Below are positions 1-9,873 of a stretch of 39,767 nt of DNA, in pieces. The notes under the pieces were generated by a model. That model searched no databases and was not told where the DNA came from. It worked only from the letters and a program-made list of their open reading frames with translations. Where the stretch lies: sequence record DRR378314_1572; one strand, given 5' to 3'. Numbering within the stretch: position 1 is the first letter of the stretch; each line of letters opens with the position of its first letter. The position numbers were made by a program, and so were the translations under genes.

Positions 1-27
1 AGGGAAGAGCTAATTCTCAAGATACCT

Positions 28-534
28 ATGTCGGATACGGTGTCAGGAGAAGGAAGTGCAGCAGATGCCTCGAGATCATCTGCAAGCACAAAGGTCGTTG
101 AGCAATTGATCGCGCGACATCCAAAAGATGTTCTTGAGTTGATAGACGGACTTATCGTCTTGGTGGAGTCGGAGAAGGCGTCCATCGAACAGTCGCCAAC
201 CCCAAACCATCCTGAGGCTCAAGACAAAAGGCAGGGTCAGCTCGACTTTCTGAGTCAATTGTTGAACGGACTGAGTCAAATCCGCGAGTTGATCCAAAAT
301 GGTCCGTCTAAAAATATTGTTCGGAAAATTGATAAACTTTTTGTTGATCTAGAGGCTTGGTTTATTCGTCAGCCAAATTATGTTCAGGCTTCGGTAAAGC
401 TTACTGGTGTTTGGATGGCGACTGCAGGTTTGGTGAAGGTCGGGGCACCTGGTTGGCAAGCTTTTCCCTTTTCGGCCTTGCTATTTGCAAATACAAAAAT
501 TCCTCCATCCAAGACCGAGAAAACTGACGCCTAG
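28..534 (+). CDS. hypothetical protein, possibly with a C-terminal membrane segment
   Basis: 168-aa ORF, helical N-terminal part and hydrophobic C-terminal stretch; visibly more AT-rich than its neighbours; the true start may lie upstream of the window. Confidence 0.55.
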   Translation: MSDTVSGEGSAADASRSSASTKVVEQLIARHPKDVLELIDGLIVLVESEKASIEQSPTPNHPEAQDKRQGQLDFLSQLLNGLSQIRELIQNGPSKNIVRKIDKLFVDLEAWFIRQPNYVQASVKLTGVWMATAGLVKVGAPGWQAFPFSALLFANTKIPPSKTEKTDA

Positions 535-560
535 TGCCTTGCCGTCGTCTTGTCGCGCCG

Positions 561-674
561 TAGAGCGCGACCGGTGAGACCGCTGCAGGTGTAATTTGTG
601 GCCCCTAAAAGAGCGACTTTAAAAGGTCGCCCTTAGGAGCGGACGAAAACGATGAGTTGGAATCATATACTCTA
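561..674. repeat. CIR/RIME/BRU-RS-like intergenic palindromic element (~114 bp)
   Basis: Ends TAGAG (561-565) and CTCTA (670-674); near-central hairpin GCGACTTT-AA-AAGGTCGC (613-630) flanked by CCTAA/TTAGG; GANTC at 660-664; overlaps the stop codon of the metY-like gene. Confidence 0.45.
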
Positions 675-1955
675 AGCCTTCAGCGCCTGATCTAGATCTG
701 CGATCAGGTCGTCGGCGTCTTCGATGCCGATGGAGAGGCGGACCGTGTTGGGCGCGGCGCCAGCGGCGATCTGCTGTTCTTCGGTCAATTGGCGGTGCGT
801 GGTCGAGGCCGGGTGGATGACCAGGCTGCGCGCGTCGCCAAGGTTTGCGACATGGCTGAACAGATTCAAGCCGCCAACAAACTTCGTGCAGGCTTCATAG
901 CCGCCTTTCAGCTGGACGGTGAACAGGGCCCCTGCGCCCTTCGGGCAGATTTTCGGGATGCGATCCTTGTAGGGGGAGGAGTCCAGCCCGGCATACGTGA
1001 CGCTTTCGATCGCGCCATGCCCTTCCAGCCATGCGGCGATCTTCTTTGCGTTGGCAATGTGCTTTTCCATCCGCATGGAGAGCGTCTCAATACCCATCAG
1101 CGTATAGTGCGCAGCTTGCGGGTTCAGCGTCATGCCGAGGTCGCGCAGGCCAATGGCGATGCCGTGGAAGGTGAACGCGGCGGGGCCAAATGTCTCGTGG
1201 AAGTTCAAGCCGTGATAGGCCGGTTCCGGTTGCGACAGGGACGGGAACTTGTCGGAGGCCGACCAGTCAAATTTGCCGGAATCGACAATCGCGCCGCCGG
1301 TGACTGTGCCATTGCCAGTCATGTATTTCGTCAGCGAGTGGACGACCAAGGTCGCGCCATGTTCGATCGGGCGGCAGAGATAGGGCGTGGCCGTCGTATT
1401 GTCGACGATTAGCGGGATGCCTGCGCTATCTGCAATATCGGCGATCGCATCCAGGTCAGTGATATAGCCGCCGGGATTGGCGATGGTCTCGCAGAAGATG
1501 GCGCGCGTATCGTCATCAATCGCGGCTTTCACGGCGTCGAGATCGTCAAAGTCCACGAAAGTCGCCGACCAGCCGAAGCGTTTGAAAGTCTGGCTGAACT
1601 GGGTGATCGTGCCGCCATAGAGGCGCGTGGACGCAACAATGTTGCGGCCCGGTGCCATCAGCGGGAAGAGCGCCATGATCTGGGCCGCGTGGCCAGAGGA
1701 GCAGCACACTGCGCCAGCCCCGCCCTCAAGGGCCGCGATCCGGTCGCCAAGCGCGCCAACGGTCGGGTTGGTCAGGCGGGAATAGATGTAGCCAACTTCC
1801 TGAAGGCCGAAGAGCGCGGCGGCATGGTCCGCGTCGCGGAACACATAGGCGGTCGTCTGGTAGATCGGCACCTGACGGGCACCGGTGGCCGGATCCGGGT
1901 TTGCTCCGGCGTGAATTTGCTGGGTGTCAAATCCCAATGGCTTGCCGTCGGTCAT
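672..1955 (-). CDS. metY: O-acetylhomoserine aminocarboxypropyltransferase (Cys/Met metabolism PLP enzyme)
   Basis: PIYQTTAY, YSRLTNPT, SSGHAA, PLP-lysine motif HSLTKY, ANLGDARSLVIHPASTTH, RLSIGIE. Confidence 0.9.
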   Translation of the reverse strand: MTDGKPLGFDTQQIHAGANPDPATGARQVPIYQTTAYVFRDADHAAALFGLQEVGYIYSRLTNPTVGALGDRIAALEGGAGAVCCSSGHAAQIMALFPLMAPGRNIVASTRLYGGTITQFSQTFKRFGWSATFVDFDDLDAVKAAIDDDTRAIFCETIANPGGYITDLDAIADIADSAGIPLIVDNTTATPYLCRPIEHGATLVVHSLTKYMTGNGTVTGGAIVDSGKFDWSASDKFPSLSQPEPAYHGLNFHETFGPAAFTFHGIAIGLRDLGMTLNPQAAHYTLMGIETLSMRMEKHIANAKKIAAWLEGHGAIESVTYAGLDSSPYKDRIPKICPKGAGALFTVQLKGGYEACTKFVGGLNLFSHVANLGDARSLVIHPASTTHRQLTEEQQIAAGAAPNTVRLSIGIEDADDLIADLDQALKA

Positions 1956-2002
1956 CGCGGCGTCTCCCTTCCTGTCTCGGCCCTCCGCCGAAACGGGTGG
2001 GC

Positions 2003-2839
2003 TCAGTTGAATGTGTCACACTGGCGTGGATCGCCGGTCTGATAGCCTCGGCTCAGCCACTCCATGCGCTGTTCGGCAGAGCCGTGTGTGAACGCTTCCG
2101 GGGTGACGCGACCCTGAGAACGCTTCTGCAGCATGTCGTCGCCAATGGCATTGGCTGTTTTCAGTCCTTCTTCCATGTCGCCGCGCTCCAGCGCAACCCT
2201 TCCATTTGATGCCGTGGCGGCATGGGCGGCCCACACGCCTGCATAGCAGTCGGCCTGCAGTTCCAGTGCGACCGAATACTTGTTCGCTTCTGCCTGGCTG
2301 CCGGCGCGCTGTTGCGCCTGGCGCACTTGCTGGGACGCACCCGTAAGGGTCTGAACGTGATGACCAAACTCATGCGCGATGACATAGGCGCGGGCGAAGT
2401 CTGCGCCGGATGCGCCAAGCTGGGTCTCCATCTGCTGCCAGAAAGACAGGTCCAGATAGATGGTCTGGTCAGCGGGGCAGTAGAAGGGGCCCATCGCGGC
2501 CTGACCATAGCCACAGCCCGTGCCGGTGCCCTGGGAATAGATCACGACATTTGGCTTCTTGTAGCCATCATAGAGGTTTGCCCAGACATCGTTCACATTG
2601 GTGCCGACAACATCCACGAACTGGCCGGCCTCATCTTCCGGTGTGCCGACATCGCCGGATTGCTGCTGGCTGGACATGCCGCTTCCGGCTTCGAGGAGCG
2701 GCTGTGGGTCAATTCCAAGAAAATAGGAGACAACCAGGGCGATGAGCACGAAACCGATGCCGCCACCGGCCAGCTTGCCGCCGCTCATGCCGCGCCTGTC
2801 TTCAACGTTCCCGCCGCGACGTCCATCTTTCCAGCGCAT
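2003..2839 (-). CDS. ypfJ: neutral zinc metallopeptidase (YpfJ family)
   Basis: MRW...NVEDRRG N-terminus, GPFYCPAD, HEFGHHVQ zinc motif, ELQADCYAG, FTHGS; GGAGG RBS before ATG 2839. Confidence 0.88.
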   Translation of the reverse strand: MRWKDGRRGGNVEDRRGMSGGKLAGGGIGFVLIALVVSYFLGIDPQPLLEAGSGMSSQQQSGDVGTPEDEAGQFVDVVGTNVNDVWANLYDGYKKPNVVIYSQGTGTGCGYGQAAMGPFYCPADQTIYLDLSFWQQMETQLGASGADFARAYVIAHEFGHHVQTLTGASQQVRQAQQRAGSQAEANKYSVALELQADCYAGVWAAHAATASNGRVALERGDMEEGLKTANAIGDDMLQKRSQGRVTPEAFTHGSAEQRMEWLSRGYQTGDPRQCDTFN

Positions 2840-2960
2840 GTCCCACCTCCGAGCTGATCCAACTATCGTTACTATCTGGATACAGGCTGCGCCAAACCCC
2901 GTCATCCTGCAAATTCACGTCGCGATTGATCCTCCGGGTCGGGCGCGATATCCGGAAGGC

Positions 2961-3383
2961 ATGCAGACACAACTCACGATTCAGAGCCGGGGTTCCGGCC
3001 TTTACGAATTTACACGCGATGCCGCGGAGTTTGTGGCAGGGGCAGGCGACGGCTTGCTGACCCTGTTCTGCCAGCACACATCCTGCTCGCTCGTCATTCA
3101 GGAAAACGCAGATCCCGATGTGCAGCGTGATTTACAGGCATTCTTCCGGCGGCTCGTGCCGCATGCGAATGACCCGTCGATGAGTTACCTTGTGCACCGC
3201 ACCGAGGGGCCGGACGACATGCCCGCCCATATCAAGGCAGCCCTGACACAAACGTCGCTCTCGATTCCGGTGACGGGCGGACGCATGGCCCTTGGCACCT
3301 GGCAGGGGATTTACCTGTTCGAACACAGGGACGCGCCGCATAAACGGCGTGTGGTGGCGCACTTCCTGTCCTCAGGCGGCTGA
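2961..3383 (+). CDS. yjbQ: YjbQ/UPF0047 secondary thiamine-phosphate synthase family protein
   Basis: HTSCSLVIQENADPDV, EGPDDMPAHIK, LGTWQGIYLFEHR; start taken at ATG 2961. Confidence 0.9.
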   Translation: MQTQLTIQSRGSGLYEFTRDAAEFVAGAGDGLLTLFCQHTSCSLVIQENADPDVQRDLQAFFRRLVPHANDPSMSYLVHRTEGPDDMPAHIKAALTQTSLSIPVTGGRMALGTWQGIYLFEHRDAPHKRRVVAHFLSSGG

Positions 3384-3977
3384 TCCGCCCAGCGAGAACG
3401 CTTGTTTCAAATGATCATCGAACCGTTCGAAATCGGCTTCGATGTTGGGTGCCTTTGACACGTCGTGCGCAGCAAAGCTGGGGCGGGCTTGCATCCCGAA
3501 AAAGCGGAAATTCAAATGGATTGGCCAGAGCAGCTCTTCGACTGACCGACCTTCGAAGAAGACCTGTTCAGGATTATTGAAGGCGGACCCGGGCGCATTC
3601 AGGGTCAGTGACAGCATGTAGCGTGTCTCGGTCATCCGTCCGCCACTGCCATACTGACGGGAGGGGTCTTTTCGGCTTCTTCCGTCGCCCTTCGACAGGC
3701 GCCCGTCCATGCCGGCCGTGTACACTTCATCGAGATAGCGCTTCAGCGGCCAGGGAAGGCCCATGGAATTCAAGGGAAACTGGAACAGGATGGCATCGGC
3801 CCAAAGCTGGTTTCGGACTTCTTCTTCCGTGTCCCGTCCATCGGCAACACGCCTGGACCGAACAATCCAGCCTGAGTCTTCGAACAGCCTTTTCGCGCGC
3901 TCGACAAATGCCGCGTTGAGTGATCCGGAAGACGTTGGAAAGGGCTGGTGCCCATTGATGATCAGGACGTGGTGCAT
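3372..3977 (-). CDS. mdaB: NAD(P)H-dependent quinone oxidoreductase, MdaB/flavodoxin-fold
   Basis: VLIINGH...GSLN, WADAILFQFP, LKRYLDEV, DGRSRKDPSRQYGSGG, YMLSLTLNAP. Confidence 0.8.
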   Translation of the reverse strand: MHHVLIINGHQPFPTSSGSLNAAFVERAKRLFEDSGWIVRSRRVADGRDTEEEVRNQLWADAILFQFPLNSMGLPWPLKRYLDEVYTAGMDGRLSKGDGRSRKDPSRQYGSGGRMTETRYMLSLTLNAPGSAFNNPEQVFFEGRSVEELLWPIHLNFRFFGMQARPSFAAHDVSKAPNIEADFERFDDHLKQAFSLGGSAA

Positions 3978-4046
3978 GAAGAGGTTCTGGCATTCCGGAA
4001 GACGGGTCTCAACTTCACGGCCTTGTCAGTATCGCTAAGCGAGGTC

Positions 4047-4712
4047 CTATTCCTCGAATGTAATGCCGTCTGCGTCCGCGCCCAGGTCTTTCAGCGTGCT
4101 CTTGATGTCGTCGATCATCTTGTCGGGGCCGCAGACATAGAATTGCTGGTCAAAGTCTCGGACATGGTGCTGCAGGAAACCCTTGTCGATCTTCCCGCGA
4201 TCAAGCGGCGAGCCGTCCTGGCCCGTGACTGTCCAGATGCAGTCGAGCCCTTCCATCGCCTCGAATTCTTCACGCAGGATAATGTCCTTCTCGGTCTTGT
4301 GAGAGGCGATCAGGGTGTGCCCGTTCAGCTTTCCGTCGGCGGCGAGCTTTCGCAAGATGGCGATGAAGGGCGTGACGCCCGCGCCGCCTGCAATGAAGAC
4401 GCCGGGGCCCTTGTAAGTGATCGTGCCCCACGCTTCGTCCAGCAGGAGGGCGTCTCCTGCTTGCATTGACCATAACTCGTGCGTGACACCGTCATGATCG
4501 TGATAGGATTTGATGGTGAATTCGAGCGTGTCTGCATCGGGCAGGGCGGTAAATGTGAAGGGGCGCGTTTCGTCCCGCCAGCCATCCTTGTCCAACGCAA
4601 TTTCGGTTGCCTGACCGGGTTCGAACTGGAATCCGTCGGGTTTCTCAACACGGTAGCGACGCACATCGTGCGTTACGGGTTCGGTGTGCAGAATTTTGAC
4701 GGATGTTGGCAT
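4047..4712 (-). CDS. FAD/NAD(P)-binding oxidoreductase (ferredoxin/flavodoxin reductase family)
   Basis: FEPGQA, RPFT FAD motif, FIAGGAGVTPF, FYVCGP. Confidence 0.88.
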   Translation of the reverse strand: MPTSVKILHTEPVTHDVRRYRVEKPDGFQFEPGQATEIALDKDGWRDETRPFTFTALPDADTLEFTIKSYHDHDGVTHELWSMQAGDALLLDEAWGTITYKGPGVFIAGGAGVTPFIAILRKLAADGKLNGHTLIASHKTEKDIILREEFEAMEGLDCIWTVTGQDGSPLDRGKIDKGFLQHHVRDFDQQFYVCGPDKMIDDIKSTLKDLGADADGITFEE

Positions 4713-4772
4713 GAGGCGCTCCTGAAGGGATATTCGCCTCTATTGACGTGGCCCGGGCCGATTTGTTCCGGT

Positions 4773-6110
4773 TTAGCCGCCGAGCGCGTGCCAGCGGATC
4801 ATCGCTTCGCAGGTGTTTTCGCCCTGGAAGGCTGCCTTTGCGCTGCCATTGAATTGGTCTGAGACGGATGCGGCCCACACAGCAGCGGCCGCGTCGTAGG
4901 ACGTGAAACCGATTTCGGACAGGCCGCGCTCGATCCGGTTGCAGATCAATCCGGCAACATCAGGGTCTGCCGTATCATTCAGATAGGAGATGCGGTCAGC
5001 GAGATCGAGCCGGGAGAAAATGTAATCATACACCGTCAGATCCTCTCCCACATCAAAGGCGAGAATGTCGCCTGACGTCACGCCAGTATAATCCGGATAC
5101 CCGGCATCGGACACGCCAGCTGTAAAGATCGACGGGATGGGCTGGTCGAGATAGACGGCCCATTGGCCGATGGCGCCCTTCTTGCGCGTATCCTTGATGT
5201 CGTTCGCATCTGGCATCTGGGCGGACACGACAAGGATGGGTTTGTCCGTCCACGACTTAACGGAGAAGGCGCTGACGGATTGTTCAGTAATGGATTGGCC
5301 GAACAATGTGCTGGTGGAGGTGTTCAGGAAGGTCGAGGCCTCCTGCATCAGTGGCGCGTTGAAATAGGTCACCAGCGTGGATGTCGGTGCGATCAGGTTC
5401 GCGGCCGTCGTCAATGCGCCCATGACATTGGCACTGGCAGACGATTCCTTCTCGTCCGACAGTTGGAGACGAAAGCGGGCTTCAATCGTCGTGTTCGGAC
5501 CAACCTTGAAATAGGGGGTTGCATAGACCGAGAGGCTTTCATTCGTTGTCCAACTTTCCCCCTCGCGATTGTTGGAAGAGAATGTGGACGAGAAGAGCGC
5601 ATTGGTTGCGGTGATATCCGGCTTTGCCACGTCAAACTCAGCGATCAGTGTGCGGGTGATACTGCGCGAGGACATCATGCGGGAAATCCAGTTGCGGCTT
5701 TCCTTGTCGTAATTGCGGCTTTCGGTTTCCTGGCTGCGCACGCCGGATGTTACACCATCCATGTCGTAGGCGTCCGGTTTCAGCGTCACGATCTGTATTC
5801 GGGTGTACCTGTCCTGCAGCATGTCCCCGAACTCGGAATAGACAGCTGCCTCATCAATCGCGACGTCGATATAGGGCAGGTAGTCCTTGGCCGGTACAGC
5901 GCCGCTGCTCGCGCGACCGGTATGCCGATTAACGGTCGGGGTCGGGTCGCCAAGGAAATCATTGTCATTCGGGTTCGGGATTCCGCGAACGGGTCCCGAA
6001 GGGCTGGTGGGCGAGGTGGATGGCGGCGAAGAGGAGCCGGACGTCGGACTGGAGGCGCACCCGGCCACGATGAGCGATGCGGCCAGGACTGCTGCTGACG
6101 TCTGTTTCAT
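4773..6110 (-). CDS. hypothetical lipoprotein
   Basis: Lipobox IVAG-C, Ser/Pro-rich linker, 445-aa ORF with normal codon usage; no family recognised. Confidence 0.75.
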   Translation of the reverse strand: MKQTSAAVLAASLIVAGCASSPTSGSSSPPSTSPTSPSGPVRGIPNPNDNDFLGDPTPTVNRHTGRASSGAVPAKDYLPYIDVAIDEAAVYSEFGDMLQDRYTRIQIVTLKPDAYDMDGVTSGVRSQETESRNYDKESRNWISRMMSSRSITRTLIAEFDVAKPDITATNALFSSTFSSNNREGESWTTNESLSVYATPYFKVGPNTTIEARFRLQLSDEKESSASANVMGALTTAANLIAPTSTLVTYFNAPLMQEASTFLNTSTSTLFGQSITEQSVSAFSVKSWTDKPILVVSAQMPDANDIKDTRKKGAIGQWAVYLDQPIPSIFTAGVSDAGYPDYTGVTSGDILAFDVGEDLTVYDYIFSRLDLADRISYLNDTADPDVAGLICNRIERGLSEIGFTSYDAAAAVWAASVSDQFNGSAKAAFQGENTCEAMIRWHALGG

Positions 6111-6328
6111 GGTGTTGGTCCCCTTAGAAGCTCTCCCCGGCCTTACCGATAGTTAACAGAGGGTTTCGTGGAAGGCGAGCGGTTTACGGGTAAAATCCAG
6201 CGATAGGGGAATGTGAGCGGGCACATGATTGACCTCGCGCAAAGATGAAGCCTGTAGCGGCCAATCCGTCTTTACTCATATTTGCTGCGATGCAATAAGC
6301 GCCCTTGCGCGAGGGGGCAGGCCCACCT

Positions 6329-6349
6329 ATATGCTCAATATGAGCAAAA
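6329..6349. promoter_or_regulatory. palindromic operator resembling a NadQ box upstream of panD
   Basis: atATGCTCAataTGAGCAAaa; perfect core TGCTCA-N3-TGAGCA (6332-6346), ~35 bp before the panD start. Confidence 0.6.
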
Positions 6350-6382
6350 AGAGCGCTCATCATAATTCCGGAGGGTACGTCC

Positions 6383-6739
6383 TTGCTGCTCAATATGCTG
6401 AAAGCCAAGCTTCATTCTGCAACCGTTACGCAGTGTGACCTTCACTATGAAGGTTCGGTCTCGATCGACCAGGATCTGCTGGATGCATCCGGCATTCTGC
6501 CGAATGAGCGTGTGGATATCTGGAACGTGACCAATGGTGCCCGCATTCAGACCTATGCGCTGGAAGCGCCGCGCGGCTCCAAGACGATTGGTGTGAACGG
6601 TGCAGCGGCCCGTCATTTCGCTGTGGGCGACAAGGTCATCATCGCGGCATTTGCCGGCGTTGAAGCTGACAAGGCCCGCCAGCATGCGCCGAATGTCGTG
6701 CTGCTGGACGACCATAATGTGATCAAGCGCCCATCCTGA
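6383..6739 (+). CDS. panD: aspartate 1-decarboxylase
   Basis: MLKAKLH, YEG|S autocleavage site, [17 protein letters not shown] start with GGAGG RBS. Confidence 0.95.
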   Translation: MLLNMLKAKLHSATVTQCDLHYEGSVSIDQDLLDASGILPNERVDIWNVTNGARIQTYALEAPRGSKTIGVNGAAARHFAVGDKVIIAAFAGVEADKARQHAPNVVLLDDHNVIKRPS

Positions 6740-6762
6740 TCCAAGCCGGACAGGCTGACGGA

Positions 6763-7746
6763 TCAGTTTTTAACGACATCCGCGATAATCTCGAATGAGC
6801 GCAGGCGCTTGTCGACATCATACATGTCCGAGACGATCATCAACTCGTCGGCATTTGTGCGTTCGAGCAGCGCGTCGACACCGCGTTTGATCTCATCACG
6901 GTCCCCTATGATGCTGAAATTCAGCATATGCTGGGCGCGCAGTTTCTCTTCCGGTGTCCAATAGGTGTCGATGTCGTCAATCGGTGGCTGGGTAAGCTTC
7001 CGCTCGCCGCGCACCAGATTGGCAAATGACATTTGCTGAGATGTAGCGAGATATTTCGCCTCCTCAGTCGTTTCCGCGGCGATGATGTTCACGCCGATCA
7101 GCGCATAAGGCTTTTCAAGCTGAGCTGAGGGCTGGAAATTGGCGCGATAAGTGGCGAGCGCGTCATCCAATGCCTGCGGTGCAAAATGCGATGCAAACCC
7201 GTAAGGCATGCCATAGGCGGCTGCGACCTGGGCCCCGAACAGGCTGGAGCCCAGAATCCAGAGTGGCACATTGGAGTTCGAGCCCGGCACGGCTTCGATC
7301 TTCTGGCCGTCTTCGACCGGGCCGAGCCAGGCTTGCAATTCCAGCACGTCCTGCGGGAAGCGGTCGGCGCTGTTCACGTCCCGCCGCAAGGCGCGCAGCG
7401 TCATCTGGTCCGTGCCGGGCGCGCGGCCAAGGCCGAGATCGATCCGACCCGGATACAGCGCCTCCAGCGTGCCGAACTGTTCGGCGATGATGTAGGGCGC
7501 ATGGTTGGGCAGCATGATGCCGCCCGCGCCGACGCGGATCGTTTTCGTGCCCGCCGCGATATGCGACACGACGAGGGAGGTCGCCGCCGTGGTGACTGCC
7601 GCCATGTTATGGTGCTCGGCCACCCAGAAACGCTTGTAGCCATATTGCTCGGCATGTTGGGCGACGCGTCTGGCATCATTCAGGGCGTCCGCGCGGGTAA
7701 AGCCCTGGCGCACACGGCCAAGTTCGAGAATGGAGAGTTCAGCCAC
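6763..7746 (-). CDS. LLM class flavin-dependent oxidoreductase (luciferase-like, YhbW type)
   Basis: RFWVAEHH, RVGAGGIMLPNH, AEQFGTLEALYPGRIDLGLGRAPG, FASHFAP; start uncertain (GTG 7746 or ATG 7779). Confidence 0.88.
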   Translation of the reverse strand: MAELSILELGRVRQGFTRADALNDARRVAQHAEQYGYKRFWVAEHHNMAAVTTAATSLVVSHIAAGTKTIRVGAGGIMLPNHAPYIIAEQFGTLEALYPGRIDLGLGRAPGTDQMTLRALRRDVNSADRFPQDVLELQAWLGPVEDGQKIEAVPGSNSNVPLWILGSSLFGAQVAAAYGMPYGFASHFAPQALDDALATYRANFQPSAQLEKPYALIGVNIIAAETTEEAKYLATSQQMSFANLVRGERKLTQPPIDDIDTYWTPEEKLRAQHMLNFSIIGDRDEIKRGVDALLERTNADELMIVSDMYDVDKRLRSFEIIADVVKN

Positions 7747-7908
7747 ATCAAGGCCCTTTGTCTTGCTCAGCCAAGACATGGGGGCCGCACGCCCGATGCC
7801 AAGCCCGCCTCGCGCAGCGGAAGGGGGTGTGTTCAGGGAAAGGCGCGTCCAGCGTTGCCATTCGGCTCCATCATAAATAGTGTGATGTGTCACTTATAGG
7901 GGTTTTGT

Positions 7909-9867
7909 ATGCGGGTTTTGATTCTGGCCGTTCTGTCGGCTTGGCTGGGTTTTGGACAGATTTTTGCCAGTGCTGATGTGAGCCACCCGCCGCTTGAATC
8001 TTATGGTGAGTTGCCGTCTGTCCGCTACATGGATTTGTCGCCGAGCGGAGACCGTGTCGCCTATGCCGAACGACGCGATGGGTCAGATTATCTGGTGACG
8101 TTTGATTTTCATACGCGTAAGAAATCGTATCACGTCAAGATTGATGATGTGGCCACGCGTGGCATTTGGTTTGCGGACGAAGACAATATCATCATTCGGG
8201 CATCCGAAACGAAATTCGTGATCGGATTCCGCGGGGAGTTCGACTATTCCGGTGCCTTCTCATACAACCTCAAAACCAAGAAACTGAAGTTTCTGTTGCG
8301 GGGTACGGACAATATCTATCCAGCGCAGGGTGGGCTTGGAAAGATTGTCGGCGACGACGCAGACCCCGGCTACATCTTCATGCCGGCGTGGATGGGAGAC
8401 CGCTACTCTGACCCGAACTACAGCCTCGTGCGCGTCAACATGAAGACGGGCAAAGGTCGCCTCTTCAAAAGCGGGACGGGAGATACAGTCGACTGGTTTG
8501 TGGATACGGACGGCACCGTGCTCGCGCGCGAGGATTACGACAACGGTTCCGACACTTACAGGGTCTATACGTACCTGAACGGAAACCGGGAGCTGATCTA
8601 TGAGCTTGAAACGTCGCAGCCGCCGCCGGGTGTAACCGGCATCAAGTCCGACAAGTCTGCACTGATCTTTTCCGACGGCGAAACACACGAGGAATCCGGA
8701 AACGTCTACGAACTGGATTTCGACGGCAACAAGACGCCGATTACTCTCGGCGGAAGAGGCGGTATGATCGAGCGGGTCATCCGTGATGGGAACAGGTTCG
8801 TTGTGGGTGTCAAATATTCCGGAGCGGTTCCATCCTACACGTTTTTTGATCCAGATGTGGATGCAGCCGTTTCGGGACTGGTGAACCAGTTCTCAACGGC
8901 TGCAGTACATCTTGTTTCGTGGACAGATGATTGGTCGAAATTGCTTTATCTGATTTATGGAAGCGATACGCCGGGTAGTTATGTCCTGCAGGATCTGGAG
9001 ACCGGTCAGATGACACTGATTGCCGATGAGCGCGCCGACATTCCCCCCGAAGCGATCGGTCAGGTGGTCGCGGTGAATTACCAAGCCCGGGACGATCTCA
9101 ACATACCGGCGATCTTGACCTGGCCCGCCGGCGCCGACCTTCACACCGCCAATACGCTGCCGCTCATTGTTATGCCGCATGGCGGTCCGGCATCCCATGA
9201 CCGGGTGACGTTTGACTGGATGGCGCAGTACTTTGCCAATCGCGGCTATCTCGTCCTGCAACCCAATTTCCGTGGATCGACCGGGTATTCTTCGGAGCAT
9301 GAAGACCTTGGAAAAGGCGAATGGGGCGGCAAGATGCAGGATGATATCACCGATGGCCTGAATGCGCTGGTAGAGCAGGGATTGGCTGATCCGGACCGTG
9401 TCTGCATCGTAGGAGCCAGTTATGGAGGATATGCGGCGCTGGCAGGCGGGGCATTCACGCCGGAACTCTACAGCTGCGTCGTGGCGATTGCGCCAGTGAC
9501 CGATCTGCGCCCTTTCCTGAGGGATGTGAAATGGGACTATGGGCGCGACCATTGGGTGATCGATTACTGGCAGGAAAATGTCGGCCATCTGGATGACGAG
9601 CGCGAGAAGTTGAACTCAATTTCTCCTGCGCGGTCTGCAGATCGCTTTCAGGCGCCAGTCCTGTTGATCCACGGCAAGGATGATACAGTTGTGCCAATTA
9701 AGCAGAGCGAGATCATGAAGCGGGCGCTCGAGAAAGCTGGCAAGGATGTGACTCTCGTCGAGTTGAAAGGTGAGGATCACTGGCTCTCTGATGGCGATAC
9801 ACGGATCGAAACGCTGCGTGCGATGGCCGGGTTTGTCGATCAGCACATTGGGGCCGCGGCCGATTAA
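7909..9867 (+). CDS. S9 family (prolyl oligopeptidase/acylaminoacyl) peptidase, secreted
   Basis: Signal peptide; PHGGP, QPNFRGSTGY, GASYGG nucleophile, HGKDDTVV, GEDH catalytic triad motifs. Confidence 0.9.
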   Translation: MRVLILAVLSAWLGFGQIFASADVSHPPLESYGELPSVRYMDLSPSGDRVAYAERRDGSDYLVTFDFHTRKKSYHVKIDDVATRGIWFADEDNIIIRASETKFVIGFRGEFDYSGAFSYNLKTKKLKFLLRGTDNIYPAQGGLGKIVGDDADPGYIFMPAWMGDRYSDPNYSLVRVNMKTGKGRLFKSGTGDTVDWFVDTDGTVLAREDYDNGSDTYRVYTYLNGNRELIYELETSQPPPGVTGIKSDKSALIFSDGETHEESGNVYELDFDGNKTPITLGGRGGMIERVIRDGNRFVVGVKYSGAVPSYTFFDPDVDAAVSGLVNQFSTAAVHLVSWTDDWSKLLYLIYGSDTPGSYVLQDLETGQMTLIADERADIPPEAIGQVVAVNYQARDDLNIPAILTWPAGADLHTANTLPLIVMPHGGPASHDRVTFDWMAQYFANRGYLVLQPNFRGSTGYSSEHEDLGKGEWGGKMQDDITDGLNALVEQGLADPDRVCIVGASYGGYAALAGGAFTPELYSCVVAIAPVTDLRPFLRDVKWDYGRDHWVIDYWQENVGHLDDEREKLNSISPARSADRFQAPVLLIHGKDDTVVPIKQSEIMKRALEKAGKDVTLVELKGEDHWLSDGDTRIETLRAMAGFVDQHIGAAAD

Positions 9868-9873
9868 GTGCGA

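Noticed and set aside
1956-2002. Possible SAM riboswitch upstream of metY
   Set aside because: Only a 47-bp spacer with an imperfect GC hairpin; no SAM-II or SAM-SAH consensus
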